DNA of 63,974 nt, counting the filler, from Octopus bimaculoides (Eukaryota), in NCBI RefSeq assembly GCF_001194135.2. It is 5 parts of 5 records of this genome, joined end to end, with 100 filler letters (N's around TTAATTAATTAA, not from the genome) between each part and the next. Parts side by side here need not be neighbours in the genome. Positions count along the whole stretch, not along the records: positions 51,426 to 63,974 come from NC_068984.1; 4 more parts are not named here. One strand, given 5' to 3'. Under the pieces are notes generated by a model. It was not told the origin of the DNA, did no database searches, and saw nothing but the letters and a program-made list of their open reading frames with translations. Below are positions 63,466 through 63,974 of the stretch, piece after piece (the stretch's first letter is position 1; each line of letters starts with the position of its first letter). The position numbers and the translations under genes are program-made.

Positions 63466-63974
63466 GCTTACATTAAGACATAGTTTTCTTTCATTATTCC
63501 ATTGTTTTTGCGGATTCTTAATTCCTGCTTCGTGATGGTTTCAAATTTGATCTATCTTCCCGGCAGCTCGATTTCACATGTCCATACTGTTTGGTATTCG
63601 CTGCGGAATTCTGTTGTGGGTTCGTTTTTATAGCGTTTACTTTTTTTAACTGAACACCGCTCATAGACATGTGTTGATGTTTCTTTCGTAGTTATAATTA
63701 TTATTGATGTATCAGCGAAAGACTGCGAAGAAACAGCAATGTGCATATATATAGAGGTCTTTTATAAAAATGGATGTATATGTAACTAAAATTTAAAATT
63801 TTAAATTTCACTCACAGATTTGTAATTTTCGTATAGAAATCTTGCAGTCCATTTTAAATTTTTACGCACATATTGCTGGGGCGGTGCATCTGGGGGAAAA
63901 CTATTTTTTGTATATATATACTCCTCTATATAAGAGAAATTTTTCAATTTCTTGAGATGGCTTACATTAAGACA

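Noticed and set aside
63481-63957. Helitron call for the terminal insert
   Set aside because: No 3' hairpin-CTRR, and Helitrons do not make TSDs.

Overview
Eukaryotic, AT-rich, repeat-dominated draft-assembly window with many N gaps. The SINE and LINE families and the microsatellite load point to a cephalopod, probably Octopus (inference). There are no prokaryotic features, CRISPR arrays, rRNA genes or convincing tRNA genes. Mobile elements: many 5'-truncated R4/Dong-clade non-LTR fragments (RT, CCHC knuckle, restriction-like endonuclease), most ending in (TAA)n, with one lineage set in (CATA)n; an L1/Tx1 3' end; RTE LINEs, one lacking its RT; a near full-length dead mariner plus a deleted one; a Helitron remnant; a Helentron-type non-autonomous element; several modular tRNA-SINE families; and several Penelope-like (GIY-YIG) remnants carrying hammerhead ribozyme motifs (about 23.4, 26.4, 43.6 and 45.9 kb, plus degenerate ones). 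Host-like sequence is sparse: three phase-compatible plus-strand exons (39673-48369) of an unrecognised protein, and a minus-strand exon with a TM-like segment inside an old inverted duplication (33.8-35.8 kb). The main leads are the hammerhead/Penelope set, two tandem micro-ORFs with a coding-like substitution pattern just upstream of a hammerhead (45.5-45.95 kb), the orphan exons, and a minisatellite apparently born from a SINE A-box. All family calls are motif recognition by eye, and identity figures are rough visual estimates.
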